From the NCBI RefSeq assembly GCF_003334305.1, contig NZ_QOWS01000007.1: a stretch of 64,000 nucleotides of DNA, one strand, 5' to 3'. A program made the position numbers and the translations under genes. How positions within the stretch are numbered: the stretch's first letter is position 1; each line of letters begins with the position of its first letter. Source of the stretch: Escherichia coli (GTDB taxonomy: Bacteria > Pseudomonadota > Gammaproteobacteria > Enterobacterales > Enterobacteriaceae). The notes under the pieces were generated by a model. That model made no database searches and was not told the origin of the DNA. It was given only the letters and a program-made list of their open reading frames with translations. Shown in pieces: positions 1-13,269 of this stretch.

Positions 1-283
1 TGCCTTTTTTCTGATAAAAGTTGGCTGCACCTTTGATCGCCAGGTTGTCAGATTCGGTTGCACCAGAGGTAAAGACGATTTCACGCGGATCAGCGCCGAC
101 CAGATCGGCAATCTGATTACGGGCGATATCTACCGCTTCTTCAGCCTGCCAGCCGAAACGGTGAGAACGAGAGGCCGGGTTACCAAAGGTTCCGTCCATC
201 GTCATGAACTGCATCATTTTCTCGGCAACACGCGGGTCCACCGGCGTGGTTGCGGAGTAGTCGAGATAAATCGGTAATTTCAT
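1..283 (-). CDS. iscS: Cysteine desulfurase IscS, N-terminal part only (3-prime end lies outside the window)
   Basis: Minus-strand translation from ATG at 281-283 reads [24 protein letters not shown]...[12 protein letters not shown], recognised as the IscS N-terminus; frame runs off the window edge. Confidence 0.9.
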   Translation of the reverse strand, partial: MKLPIYLDYSATTPVDPRVAEKMMQFMTMDGTFGNPASRSHRFGWQAEEAVDIARNQIADLVGADPREIVFTSGATESDNLAIKGAANFYQKKG

Positions 284-394
284 TGCTCTATAAACTCCGT
301 ACATCACTCAATGCAAGGAATCAGGCTACCGGCTGGATGTACGACCGTGTTTACGGAGTATTTAGCACTCCGGCCTGATTCTGAATTCTTTTTA

Positions 395-883
395 TTAAGC
401 GCGTAACTTAACGTCGATCGCGTCTTGTGTGCGGGTGCGTGGCGCGTCGTGAGTATGCTGACGACCAGACACATCCAGCACTTCCTGGTTATTAACCAGT
501 TCGCCTAAAGTAATGTTGTTGAGAAAACCGGTGAGACGGTCGCTCAAATCACGCCACAGCGCGTGGGTCAGGCATTTATCGCCGCCCTGGCAGCCGCCTT
601 TACCCTGACAACGGGTGGCATCTACAGATTCGTCAACGGCGCTAATCACTTCGCCAACGGCGATGCTGCTGGCATCTTTGCCTAACAGATAACCACCGCC
701 TGGTCCACGTACGCTGGAAACCAGACCATTTTTACGCAGACGGGAAAACAGTTGTTCCAGATAAGAAAGGGAAATTCCCTGACGTTCGGAAATATCAGCC
801 AACGGTACCGGGCCCGCTTCAGAGTTGAGCGCAACGTCAAGCATTGCGGTCACGGCATAGCGCCCTTTAGATGTCAGTCTCAT
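395..883 (-). CDS. iscR: Fe-S cluster assembly transcriptional regulator IscR (Rrf2 family), 162 aa
   Basis: ORF track 395..883; recognised IscR sequence with conserved Cys residues; sits immediately upstream of iscS. Confidence 0.95.
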
Positions 884-964
884 GTCTTACTTCACCTCAA
901 ACTCGCCCCTGCCCGGGGTTTTTTATTGTAAAAGTGGGGGTATTGCATAGCAGGGTCAAGTCTG

Positions 965-1020
965 ACATTCCCGAGTAAATTGGTCAACTATTTACTTGAC
1001 TGATTTAGTCGGGTATTTAA
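965..1020 (-). promoter_or_regulatory. iscR promoter region with two IscR type-1-like operators
   Basis: Minus-strand reading gives ATACCCGACTAAATCAGTCAAGTAA and ATAGTTGACCAATTTACTCGGGAAT upstream of the iscR start, resembling the IscR type-1 motif as remembered. Confidence 0.55.
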
Positions 1021-1056
1021 CCTTCAGTGCCATTTTTTTATCGTGGCGTTTGTACC

Positions 1057-1146
1057 TGTTGTCGGATGCGGTGTGAACACCTTATCCGACCTACGGTTCT
1101 GTACATTGTAGGCCTGATAAGACGCGTTAAGCGTCGCATCAGGCAA
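1057..1146. repeat. REP/BIME element (two REP units)
   Basis: cggatgcggtgtgaacaccttatccgacctac followed by gtaggcctgataagacgcgttaagcgtcgcatcaggca; typical imperfect REP palindromes between iscR and trmJ. Confidence 0.8.
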
Positions 1147-1152
1147 CTACTG

Positions 1153-1893
1153 TTATTCGGCCTTGTTACCTTTATTCTGCTGCTCAATAGAAGCCAGAAT
1201 CCCGCGCAGGATATTCAATTCCTGGCTTTCCGGGCGCGCACGGGTAAACAGACGGCGCAATTTATTCATCACCTGCCCCGGATGGTTTTCACGGATAAAA
1301 CCGGTTGCCAGCAGCGTTTGTTCCAGATGACCATAAAAACGCTCCAGATCATCGACCAGCGGATACGGCGTCTCTTCATGCTCGACCTGCTCGCCGTTTT
1401 CCTGAGTTGCCAGCCAGGCCATGCGCACTTCATAGGCAATAACCTGAACCGCCATCGCCAGGTTCAGCGAGCTGTATTCCGGGTTAGCCGCAATCGCGAC
1501 ATGATAATGGCATTTCTGCAACTCTTCATTGGTCAAGCCGACGCGCTCGCGACCAAACACCAGCGCCACCGGGGTATTTGCCGCTTCAGCGACGCTTTTC
1601 AGGCCGCATTCGCGCGGGTCGAGCATCGGCCATGGCAGCGTGCGGGAGCGTGCGCTGGTGCCCACCACCAGGCTACAACCGGCTAACGCTTCGTCGAGCG
1701 TATCGACGATGTGAGCATTACCAATCACATCGCTGGCCCCTGCTGCCAGGGCAATCGCCTGGGAGTCGGGTTTCACCAGTGGATTAACCAGCCACAGATT
1801 GGTTAATCCCATTGTTTTCATGGCACGGGCAACAGAACCCATATTGCCGGTGTGTGACGTCTCCACCAGCACAATTCGAATATTTTGCAGCAT
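1153..1893 (-). CDS. trmJ: tRNA (cytidine/uridine-2'-O)-methyltransferase TrmJ (SpoU family), 246 aa
   Basis: ORF track 1153..1893; recognised TrmJ/YfhQ sequence and conserved position next to iscR and suhB. Confidence 0.9.
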
Positions 1894-2011
1894 TGTCTTT
1901 CTTCATCTAAAGATTATTCACGCATCTTATCATAAAACGAAGACAGATGCCGATCTCGCTGCTATACTCTGCGCCGTTTTCCCGTTCTTTAACATCCAGT
2001 GAGAGAGACCG

Positions 2012-2815
2012 ATGCATCCGATGCTGAACATCGCCGTGCGCGCAGCGCGCAAGGCGGGTAATTTAATTGCCAAAAACTATGAAACCCCGGACGCTGTAGA
2101 AGCGAGCCAGAAAGGCAGTAACGATTTCGTGACCAACGTAGATAAAGCTGCCGAAGCGGTGATTATCGACACGATTCGTAAATCTTACCCACAGCACACC
2201 ATCATCACCGAAGAAAGCGGTGAACTTGAAGGTACTGATCAGGATGTTCAATGGGTTATCGATCCACTGGATGGTACTACCAACTTTATCAAACGTCTGC
2301 CGCACTTCGCGGTATCTATCGCCGTTCGTATCAAAGGCCGCACCGAAGTTGCTGTGGTATACGATCCTATGCGTAACGAACTGTTCACCGCCACTCGCGG
2401 TCAGGGCGCACAGCTGAACGGCTACCGTCTGCGCGGTAGCACCGCTCGCGATCTCGACGGTACCATTCTGGCGACCGGCTTCCCGTTCAAAGCAAAACAG
2501 TACGCCACTACCTACATCAACATCGTCGGCAAACTGTTCAACGAATGTGCAGACTTCCGTCGTACCGGTTCTGCGGCGCTGGATCTGGCTTACGTCGCTG
2601 CGGGTCGTGTTGACGGTTTCTTTGAAATCGGTCTGCGTCCGTGGGATTTCGCGGCAGGCGAGCTGCTGGTTCGTGAAGCGGGCGGCATCGTCAGCGACTT
2701 CACCGGTGGTCATAACTATATGCTGACCGGTAACATCGTTGCTGGTAACCCACGTGTTGTGAAAGCCATGCTGGCGAACATGCGTGACGAGTTAAGCGAC
2801 GCTCTGAAGCGTTAA
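2012..2815 (+). CDS. suhB: Inositol monophosphatase SuhB, 267 aa
   Basis: ORF track 2012..2815; recognised SuhB sequence including the WVIDPLDGTTNF motif region. Confidence 0.95.
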   Translation: MHPMLNIAVRAARKAGNLIAKNYETPDAVEASQKGSNDFVTNVDKAAEAVIIDTIRKSYPQHTIITEESGELEGTDQDVQWVIDPLDGTTNFIKRLPHFAVSIAVRIKGRTEVAVVYDPMRNELFTATRGQGAQLNGYRLRGSTARDLDGTILATGFPFKAKQYATTYINIVGKLFNECADFRRTGSAALDLAYVAAGRVDGFFEIGLRPWDFAAGELLVREAGGIVSDFTGGHNYMLTGNIVAGNPRVVKAMLANMRDELSDALKR

Positions 2816-2959
2816 TGACTCAGGCGGGTGATGTCACTCACCCGCCCTCGCCTTTCAGGCGCTATTCTGAAATACTTCCTCACCGCTTTACTTTCTTTCG
2901 TCACTCTCCCACCATCTTTCCCCGATTAATGGATGATAAAGAAGTCGCAAGGAAAGGTT

Positions 2960-3814
2960 ATGGCACTGCCAGTGAACAAACGCGTTCCCAAAATTCTGTT
3001 TATTCTCTTTGTTGTTGCCTTCTGCGTTTATTTAGTGCCGCGCGTTGCCATCAACTTCTTCTATTATCCTGACGATAAAATTTACGGTCCCGACCCCTGG
3101 TCGGCGGAATCCGTCGAATTTACGGCTAAGGACGGTACTCGTCTGCAAGGCTGGTTTATTCCTTCTTCGACGGGCCCTGCTGACAACGCCATCGCAACCA
3201 TCATTCATGCTCACGGCAATGCCGGAAATATGTCCGCCCACTGGCCGCTGGTCAGTTGGTTACCCGAGCGTAATTTCAACGTTTTTATGTTTGATTATCG
3301 CGGGTTTGGTAAATCAAAAGGCACGCCGTCCCAGGCCGGATTGCTGGACGATACGCAAAGCGCCATCAATGTGGTGCGCCATCGCAGTGATGTAAACCCA
3401 CAACGGCTGGTGCTGTTCGGGCAGAGTATTGGCGGGGCGAATATTCTTGCTGTTATTGGTCAGGGTGATCGTGAAGGCATACGTGCGGTGATCCTCGACT
3501 CCACATTTGCCTCTTATGCAACCATCGCCAACCAGATGATCCCCGGCAGTGGCTACTTACTTGATGAGAGTTACAGCGGCGAAAATTATATCGCCAGCGT
3601 CAGCCCGATCCCGCTTTTACTCATTCACGGTAAAGCTGATCACGTTATCCCATGGCAGCACAGCGAAAAGTTGTATAGCCTGGCAAAAGAGCCAAAACGG
3701 TTGATCCTAATCCCGGATGGCGAACACATTGATGCTTTTTCCGATCGCCACAGCGATGTTTATCGCGAACAGATGGTGGACTTTATCCTTAGCGCGTTGA
3801 ATCCGCAGAACTAA
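2960..3814 (+). CDS. yfhR: Putative alpha/beta-hydrolase (peptidase S9-like) with N-terminal membrane anchor YfhR, 284 aa
   Basis: ORF track 2933..3814; start moved to ATG 2960 (MALPVNKR...) which follows a GGAAAGG RBS; hydrophobic N-terminus and GQSIGG nucleophile-elbow-like motif. Confidence 0.8.
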   Translation: MALPVNKRVPKILFILFVVAFCVYLVPRVAINFFYYPDDKIYGPDPWSAESVEFTAKDGTRLQGWFIPSSTGPADNAIATIIHAHGNAGNMSAHWPLVSWLPERNFNVFMFDYRGFGKSKGTPSQAGLLDDTQSAINVVRHRSDVNPQRLVLFGQSIGGANILAVIGQGDREGIRAVILDSTFASYATIANQMIPGSGYLLDESYSGENYIASVSPIPLLLIHGKADHVIPWQHSEKLYSLAKEPKRLILIPDGEHIDAFSDRHSDVYREQMVDFILSALNPQN

Positions 3815-4004
3815 CCCATGATCGCTAGCACGATAATCATTCACAAAACCACCTTAAGACATGCTAATCCACTGGTCAGAACAGTTTAAGATGAGAAAAA
3901 TTCTGTGACGCTTGCCAACATTTCTGATGATTAGCATTCCCTTCGTCATTTCCCTGAGCAAACTTTAGCTATTCTTATCAATTATGCTTATGGGAGATCT
4001 ACAG

Positions 4005-5285
4005 ATGATGCCTACGCTTGCTCCACCATCTGTCCTTTCGGCTCCCCAGCGCCGCTGCCAGATCTTGCTGACGCTCTTTCAGCCGGGGTTGACCGCCACC
4101 ATGGCAACCTTCAGCGAGCTTAATGGTGTGGATGATGATATTGCCAGTCTTGATATCAGCGAAACAGGACGGGAGATCCTGCGCTATCATCAACTCACAC
4201 TGACGACTGGTTATGACGGTAGCTACCGGGTTGAAGGTACAGTGCTTAACCAACGTTTGTGTTTATTTCACTGGCTACGACGTGGTTTCCGTCTGTGTCC
4301 ATCATTTATTACCAGCCATTTCACCCCCGCCCTGAAGAGTGAACTGAAGCGGCGCGGAATTGCGCGTAACTTTTACGACGATACCAATCTACAAGCGTTA
4401 GTGAATCTCTGCTCCCGACGGCTGCAAAAACGCTTTGAAACGCGCGATATTCATTTCCTGTGTCTGTATCTGCAATATTGTTTGCTGCAACACCACGCTG
4501 GAATTACGCCTCAGTTTAATCCGCTCCAACGTCGCTGGGCGGAATCCTGCCTTGAATTTCAGGTAGCGCAGGAAATTGGACGCCACTGGCAGCGTCGGGC
4601 GCTCCAGCCTGTACCACCTGATGAGCCACTGTTTATGGCACTACTTTTTTCCATGTTGCGGGTTCCCGATCCACTGCGGGATGCGCATCAGCGAGACAGA
4701 CAATTGCGTCAGTCTATCAAACGTCTGGTAAACCATTTTCGTGAGCTGGGAAATGTTCGTTTTTATGATGAACAGGGGTTATGTGATCAGCTTTATACCC
4801 ACCTCGCCCAGGCGTTAAATCGCAGTTTGTTTGCCATCGGTATTGATAATACCCTGCCGGAAGAGTTCGCCAGACTGTACCCACGCCTGGTGCGCACCAC
4901 CCGCGCGGCGCTGGCCGGATTTGAAAGTGAATACGGCGTCCATCTTTCTGATGAGGAAAGTGGTCTGGTCGCGGTGATTTTCGGTGCCTGGCTAATGCAG
5001 GAAAACGATCTGCATGAAAAACAGATTATTCTACTGACCGGGAATGATAGCGAGCGAGAAGCGCAGATTGAGCAGCAGTTACGCGAACTAACGTTACTGC
5101 CGCTCAACATTAAGCATATATCGGTAAAGGCATTTTTGCAGACAGGCGCTCCGCGTGGCGCGGCACTGATTATTGCGCCTTATACCATGCCATTACCGCT
5201 CTTTTCACCACCGCTGATCTATACGGACCTGACGCTGACAACACATCAACAGGAGCAGATCCGCAAAATGCTCGAATCAGCATGA
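4005..5285 (+). CDS. csiE: Stationary-phase-inducible protein CsiE, 426 aa
   Basis: ORF track 3984..5285; start set to ATG 4005 (GGGAG RBS 8 nt upstream) matching the remembered 426-aa CsiE. Confidence 0.8.
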   Translation: MMPTLAPPSVLSAPQRRCQILLTLFQPGLTATMATFSELNGVDDDIASLDISETGREILRYHQLTLTTGYDGSYRVEGTVLNQRLCLFHWLRRGFRLCPSFITSHFTPALKSELKRRGIARNFYDDTNLQALVNLCSRRLQKRFETRDIHFLCLYLQYCLLQHHAGITPQFNPLQRRWAESCLEFQVAQEIGRHWQRRALQPVPPDEPLFMALLFSMLRVPDPLRDAHQRDRQLRQSIKRLVNHFRELGNVRFYDEQGLCDQLYTHLAQALNRSLFAIGIDNTLPEEFARLYPRLVRTTRAALAGFESEYGVHLSDEESGLVAVIFGAWLMQENDLHEKQIILLTGNDSEREAQIEQQLRELTLLPLNIKHISVKAFLQTGAPRGAALIIAPYTMPLPLFSPPLIYTDLTLTTHQQEQIRKMLESA

Positions 5286-6416
5286 GGGAACAACTTTCGG
5301 GCGCAAAAACATTGCCGGAAGCGCCACCAGCGCCATTACCCAGAACACGCCGTGGCCCAGATATTGATACAGGAAACCGGCGAAAACGGTCATGATAGCG
5401 ATACTGCCGCCCATCGCGACGGCAGAGTAAACCGCCTGTAAACGGATGACTTCGCTACCCTGGCGAGCAGCAATATAACGCATGGCGGCCAGGTGGCAGA
5501 CCGTGAAGGTGCCGCAATGCAGAATTTGCACCACTATCAACCACGGCAACGCCGTAGTTGCTCCCATAATGCCCCAGCGCACTACGCCGCAAATCGCCGA
5601 GATCAACAGCATATCGCGTGCACTACAACGGCGGAAAAGTTTATTACTCAGCGCAAAGATAATGACTTCCGCCACCACGCCCAGCGACCACAAATACCCC
5701 ACCGCCGAGGCCGAGTAGCCAGCTGCCTGCCAGTAAATGGCGCTAAAACCGTAATAGGCCGCATGTGCCCCCTGCAATAAACAAACGCAGGCCAGAAAGC
5801 GCCAGTTCTGGCGAACCAGCGCCAACCACGCTGACCAACCGGTGCTCTCCTGCTGGCGGCTTGCCCCTTGTGGCTGAATCGTCGGACGGATGAGAAAGCC
5901 GAGCAGCATGGATGCCACGCCCAACGTCAACAGCGCGAGGATCACCCGATAATCAAACATAGTGACCAGTTTGCCCGTCAGCGCCGAGCCAATGACAAAC
6001 GCCACCGAGCCCCACAGTCGCACTTTGCCGTAATCAAGCGGGAACTGCTTTTGCCACGTATTCGCCAGTGCATCGGTCAACGGTACCAGCGGTGAGAAAA
6101 AGAGGTTAAAGCCAATCATCACCAGCATCAGCCACGCTACGTGCGCCCCCGCCCAGAAGGCGACAGCAAAGAGAAGTGTCAGCAGTGCCAGCACGCGCAA
6201 GGCGGAAATCAGGCGGGAAGGATCGCTGACGCGGGGCGCGATGAGCAAACTCCCGAGAAAACGGGCAACCAGACCTGCCCCCAATAACAGGCCGATGGTT
6301 TCTGGCGTTAAACCAATCCCTTTAAGCCAGACGCTCCAGAAAGGTAGAAAAATGCCGTAACTAAAAAAGTATGTGAAATAGCCGAGCGCCAACCAGCGCG
6401 TGGATTGCAAAACCAT
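5277..6416 (-). CDS. hcaT: MFS transporter HcaT (putative 3-phenylpropionate permease), 379 aa
   Basis: ORF track 5277..6416; highly hydrophobic multi-span protein next to the hca operon. Confidence 0.9.
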   Translation of the reverse strand: MVLQSTRWLALGYFTYFFSYGIFLPFWSVWLKGIGLTPETIGLLLGAGLVARFLGSLLIAPRVSDPSRLISALRVLALLTLLFAVAFWAGAHVAWLMLVMIGFNLFFSPLVPLTDALANTWQKQFPLDYGKVRLWGSVAFVIGSALTGKLVTMFDYRVILALLTLGVASMLLGFLIRPTIQPQGASRQQESTGWSAWLALVRQNWRFLACVCLLQGAHAAYYGFSAIYWQAAGYSASAVGYLWSLGVVAEVIIFALSNKLFRRCSARDMLLISAICGVVRWGIMGATTALPWLIVVQILHCGTFTVCHLAAMRYIAARQGSEVIRLQAVYSAVAMGGSIAIMTVFAGFLYQYLGHGVFWVMALVALPAMFLRPKVVPSC

Positions 6417-6575
6417 GAGTCCCTCCCGTCAGGAGGCGTTAGTCTGGGGTTAATCGAATGTTGGTGCAAGTTGAAAAATAAGAATATTCGAGCCTGCTTC
6501 CCGATGTCTGTAACGCCAGTTCACAAGCACTAAAAAACTGCGATCCGCGACGCATGTTGCAAAAATAATGCGTAA

Positions 6576-7466
6576 TTATGCCGTTACGTTTGCCAAACGT
6601 TCCTGCACAATGGCGATGAAATCGCGTAATGCCGGCTTCATCTCCCCTTTCTTCCACGCCATCAGTAAAGCAATGGAAGGCACATTTCCGGCAATGGGAC
6701 GAAAAACAACCTGTCCGGTATTAAAATTATTCATATAACCGGGTATCAAAGTGACGCCCAGCCCCATGCCCACCAGATTCATGGTCACCAGAATATTCGT
6801 TGCCACCTGGACGATATTTGGCTGGCTGTTTTCTTGCGCAAACCACGCTTTAACGATCGGCGCAAGCGAACCGGAATACGCCGGATCGGTACTGACGAAA
6901 TTCACGCCATCCAGTTGCGCGGCGGTGATCTCTTTTTCATGTGCTAAAGGGTGATCAACCGGTAACACAACCACTAATGGTTCGTCAAAAAGCTCCAGAT
7001 AATCAATCTCCGGGCTATAAACAGGATGGCGCATTAAGCCGACGTCGAGTTCACCACGGCGAATTTTTTCCTCCTGTTGCGTGGTGATTAAACTCACCAG
7101 CTCAATCAAGGTGTCTGGCTGTCTGAGACGAAACATCGGTAATACTTTTGGCAGTAAATTCACTTCCGCCGATGGCACAAAGCCAATGGTTAATTGTCTG
7201 TCTTCCTGAACAATTTTCCGCGCCCGTAATTTGGCATTTTCCGCTTGTTCGAGGATTGCCAGCGCGTCCTGGAGAAAACATTCTCCCGCCGCCGTCAACG
7301 CGACTTTGCGCTTATCCCTCACCAGTAACGGAACACCGACACAGTTTTCAAGATCGCGGATCTGGCTGCTTAACGAAGGCTGTGAGGTATGCAGTTTTTC
7401 CGCCGCACGGGTAAAGTTCAGTGCCTGCGCCACTGCGACGAAATAGCGTAAATGCCGTAGTTCCAT
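6576..7466 (-). CDS. hcaR: LysR-family transcriptional activator HcaR, 296 aa
   Basis: ORF track 6576..7559; start set to ATG 7464-7466 (MELRHLRYFVAVA..., typical LysR HTH N-terminus); divergent from hcaE. Confidence 0.9.
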   Translation of the reverse strand: MELRHLRYFVAVAQALNFTRAAEKLHTSQPSLSSQIRDLENCVGVPLLVRDKRKVALTAAGECFLQDALAILEQAENAKLRARKIVQEDRQLTIGFVPSAEVNLLPKVLPMFRLRQPDTLIELVSLITTQQEEKIRRGELDVGLMRHPVYSPEIDYLELFDEPLVVVLPVDHPLAHEKEITAAQLDGVNFVSTDPAYSGSLAPIVKAWFAQENSQPNIVQVATNILVTMNLVGMGLGVTLIPGYMNNFNTGQVVFRPIAGNVPSIALLMAWKKGEMKPALRDFIAIVQERLANVTA

Positions 7467-7565
7467 CACCTTCCCCTTGTTATCGAAAAAACGTCTCAGC
7501 TGGTAGAAATTAACTATTTCACATATTAGCAACCAACCAGCAACATCCTTATGGCACAAAAATAG

Positions 7566-9477
<1,912 letters not shown>

Positions 9478-9478
<1 letters not shown>

Positions 9479-9798
9479 TGAATCGAATTTATGCGTGTCC
9501 CGTTGCGGATGTGCCGGAGGGTGAGGCTCTCCGGATCGATACCTCGCCCGTCATCGCCCTGTTCAACGTTGGCGGCGAGTTTTATGCCATTAACGATCGT
9601 TGCAGCCATGGTAATGCGTCAATGTCAGAAGGGTATCTGGAAGATGACGCCACGGTGGAGTGCCCGCTACACGCCGCCAGTTTTTGCCTGAAAACGGGGA
9701 AAGCGTTATGCCTGCCCGCCACCGATCCGCTCACCACTTATCCAGTACACGTTGAAGGTGGTGACATTTTCATCGACTTACCGGAGGCGCAGCCATGA
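9478..9798 (+). CDS. hcaC: 3-phenylpropionate dioxygenase ferredoxin subunit (Rieske ferredoxin), 106 aa
   Basis: ORF track 9478..9798; CSHG...CPLH Rieske ligands visible. Confidence 0.9.
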
Positions 9799-10607
9799 GC
9801 GATCTGCATAACGAGTCCATTTTTATTACCGGCGGCGGATCGGGATTAGGGCTGGCGCTGGTCGAGCGATTTATCGAAGAAGGCGCGCAGGTTGCCACGC
9901 TGGAACTGTCGGCGGCAAAAGTCGCCAGTCTGCGTCAGCGATTTGGCGAACATATTCTGGCGGTGGAAGGTAACGTGACCTGTTATGCCGATTATCAACG
10001 CGCGGTCGATCAGATCCTGACTCGTTCCGGCAAGCTGGATTGTTTTATCGGCAATGCAGGCATCTGGGATCACAATGCCTCACTGGTTAATACTCCCGCA
10101 GAGACGCTCGAAACCGGCTTCCACGAGCTGTTTAACGTCAATGTTCTCGGTTACCTGCTGGGCGCAAAAGCCTGCGCTCCGGCGTTAATCGCCAGTGAAG
10201 GCAGCATGATTTTCACACTGTCAAATGCCGCCTGGTATCCTGGCGGCGGTGGCCCGCTGTACACCGCCAGTAAACATGCCGCAACCGGACTTATTCGCCA
10301 ACTGGCTTATGAACTGGCACCGAAAGTGCGGGTGAATGGCGTCGGCCCGTGTGGTATGGCCAGCGACCTGCGCGGCCCACAGGCGCTCGGGCAAAGTGAA
10401 ACCTCGATAATGCAGTCTCTGACGCCGGAGAAAATTGCCGCCATTTTACCGCTGCAATTTTTCCCGCAACCGGCGGATTTTACGGGGCCGTATGTGATGT
10501 TGGCATCGCGGCGCAATAATCGCGCATTAAGCGGTGTGATGATCAACGCTGATGCGGGTTTAGCGATTCGCGGCATTCGCCACGTAGCGGCTGGGCTGGA
10601 TCTTTAA
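9795..10607 (+). CDS. hcaB: 2,3-dihydroxy-2,3-dihydrophenylpropionate dehydrogenase (SDR family), 270 aa
   Basis: ORF track 9795..10607; N-terminal TGGGSGLG Rossmann motif. Confidence 0.9.
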
Positions 10608-11819
<1,212 letters not shown>

Positions 11820-11915
11820 CCAGGATAATTAGCGAATATCTCAATGCCTGGGGCGTGGCGAGGTGCAAGAGTGTGTATTACGTTTAAATCACATTATCTT
11901 GCAAAGGGATTGGTT

Positions 11916-12338
11916 ATGAACACACTACGTTATTTTGATTTTGGAGCTGCCCGCCCCGTTTTGTTATTAATTGCCCGTATCGCCGTGGTCTTAATTTTCA
12001 TTATTTTTGGTTTTCCCAAAATGATGGGCTTTGACGGTACGGTCCAATATATGGCCTCGTTGGGCGCGCCAATGCCGATGCTGGCAGCGATTATTGCGGT
12101 AGTTATGGAAGTGCCCGCCGCGATATTAATCGTGCTTGGCTTTTTCACCCGTCCGCTGGCGGTGCTGTTTATTTTCTACACGCTGGGTACGGCGGTGATT
12201 GGTCACCATTACTGGGATATGACCGGCGATGCGGTTGGGCCAAATATGATTAATTTCTGGAAGAATGTCAGTATCGCTGGCGCATTCCTGCTGCTGGCAA
12301 TTACCGGGCCGGGGGCAATTTCTCTCGATCGGCGTTAG
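11916..12338 (+). CDS. yphA: DoxX-family inner membrane protein YphA, 140 aa
   Basis: ORF track 11844..12338; start set to ATG 11916 after an AAGGG RBS; small hydrophobic protein. Confidence 0.8.
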
Positions 12339-12343
12339 GAAAG

Positions 12344-12378
12344 ATGCCGGATGCGGCGTGAACGCCTTATCCGGCATT
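12344..12378. repeat. REP element
   Basis: gatgccggatgcggcgtgaacgccttatccggcat, canonical REP palindrome between convergent yphA and yphB. Confidence 0.85.
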
Positions 12379-12385
12379 TAATAAA

Positions 12386-13258
12386 TTACAGCCACTCTAC
12401 CCGCAACGACATCTCTGAAGTTGTTGATTCCCCTGGTGCTAGCGCAATGAGATCACCCCCTTCCGGGCGATGATGATCATCCGGCGCATGGCTCATCGGT
12501 TCCAGACAGAAGAAATCAAACGCATATCCTTTATCAAACGCAGGGTCGGAAACAAAGATGAAATAACACGGTGCAGGTGGCGTCGTTTCCATGATGATGG
12601 CATAACCTTCCTGCGGCTGCTCGATGCGGGCCTGACCATTCCATCCGGCAAAACCATTGTTCACCCACTGGCGCGGCAACGGCGCGGGCTGGTTAAAATC
12701 CAGTTCCTGCGGTAGCTGCTCGCAAAACTCACCCGCCAGCCACTGCTCCCGCTCCAGCCAGTAACCGCTCGCCTGTGCCTGAATCCGCGTTTGCGGCGAC
12801 AACGGAAAATAAGGATGCCAGCCGGTACCAAATGGCAGCGTCTCTGCCCCTTGATTGGTGACAGAGAGCGTCACCGTCAGCGTATCCGCCGTTAAATGAA
12901 ACGCCTGACTTACCCGATAGTGATAGACACCGCTGCGATGTTCATACACCAGACACAAACTATCATCGCTGTGCGAGACACATTGCCACTCGCCCAGCCA
13001 GCCATCGCCGTGTAGATAGTGCGCATCCCACTCAACATTCGGTTGCAGTTGATACTCACGCCCCTGCCAGACAAAACGATTGCCGCTCACCCGGTTTGCA
13101 AATGGCACCAGCGGAAAACATGAGGCATCGGTTGCCACACCGCTTTTTTTACCAGGACGTAAGAGCGGCGTCGTATCGCGCCAGAAGCCTTCGATTACGC
13201 CGCCCTGGTCAGAAACGTCCAGCTTTAGCGACCCGTGGGATAAGGTATAGATGGTCAT
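12386..13258 (-). CDS. yphB: Aldose 1-epimerase (mutarotase) family protein YphB, 290 aa
   Basis: ORF track 12386..13258; recognised as E. coli YphB, remembered as aldose-1-epimerase-like. Confidence 0.85.
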   Translation of the reverse strand: MTIYTLSHGSLKLDVSDQGGVIEGFWRDTTPLLRPGKKSGVATDASCFPLVPFANRVSGNRFVWQGREYQLQPNVEWDAHYLHGDGWLGEWQCVSHSDDSLCLVYEHRSGVYHYRVSQAFHLTADTLTVTLSVTNQGAETLPFGTGWHPYFPLSPQTRIQAQASGYWLEREQWLAGEFCEQLPQELDFNQPAPLPRQWVNNGFAGWNGQARIEQPQEGYAIIMETTPPAPCYFIFVSDPAFDKGYAFDFFCLEPMSHAPDDHHRPEGGDLIALAPGESTTSEMSLRVEWL

Positions 13259-13269
13259 CCGCTAACTCC

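Noticed and set aside
1027-1686. 219-aa plus-strand ORF
   Set aside because: Begins inside the REP/BIME and runs antisense to trmJ.
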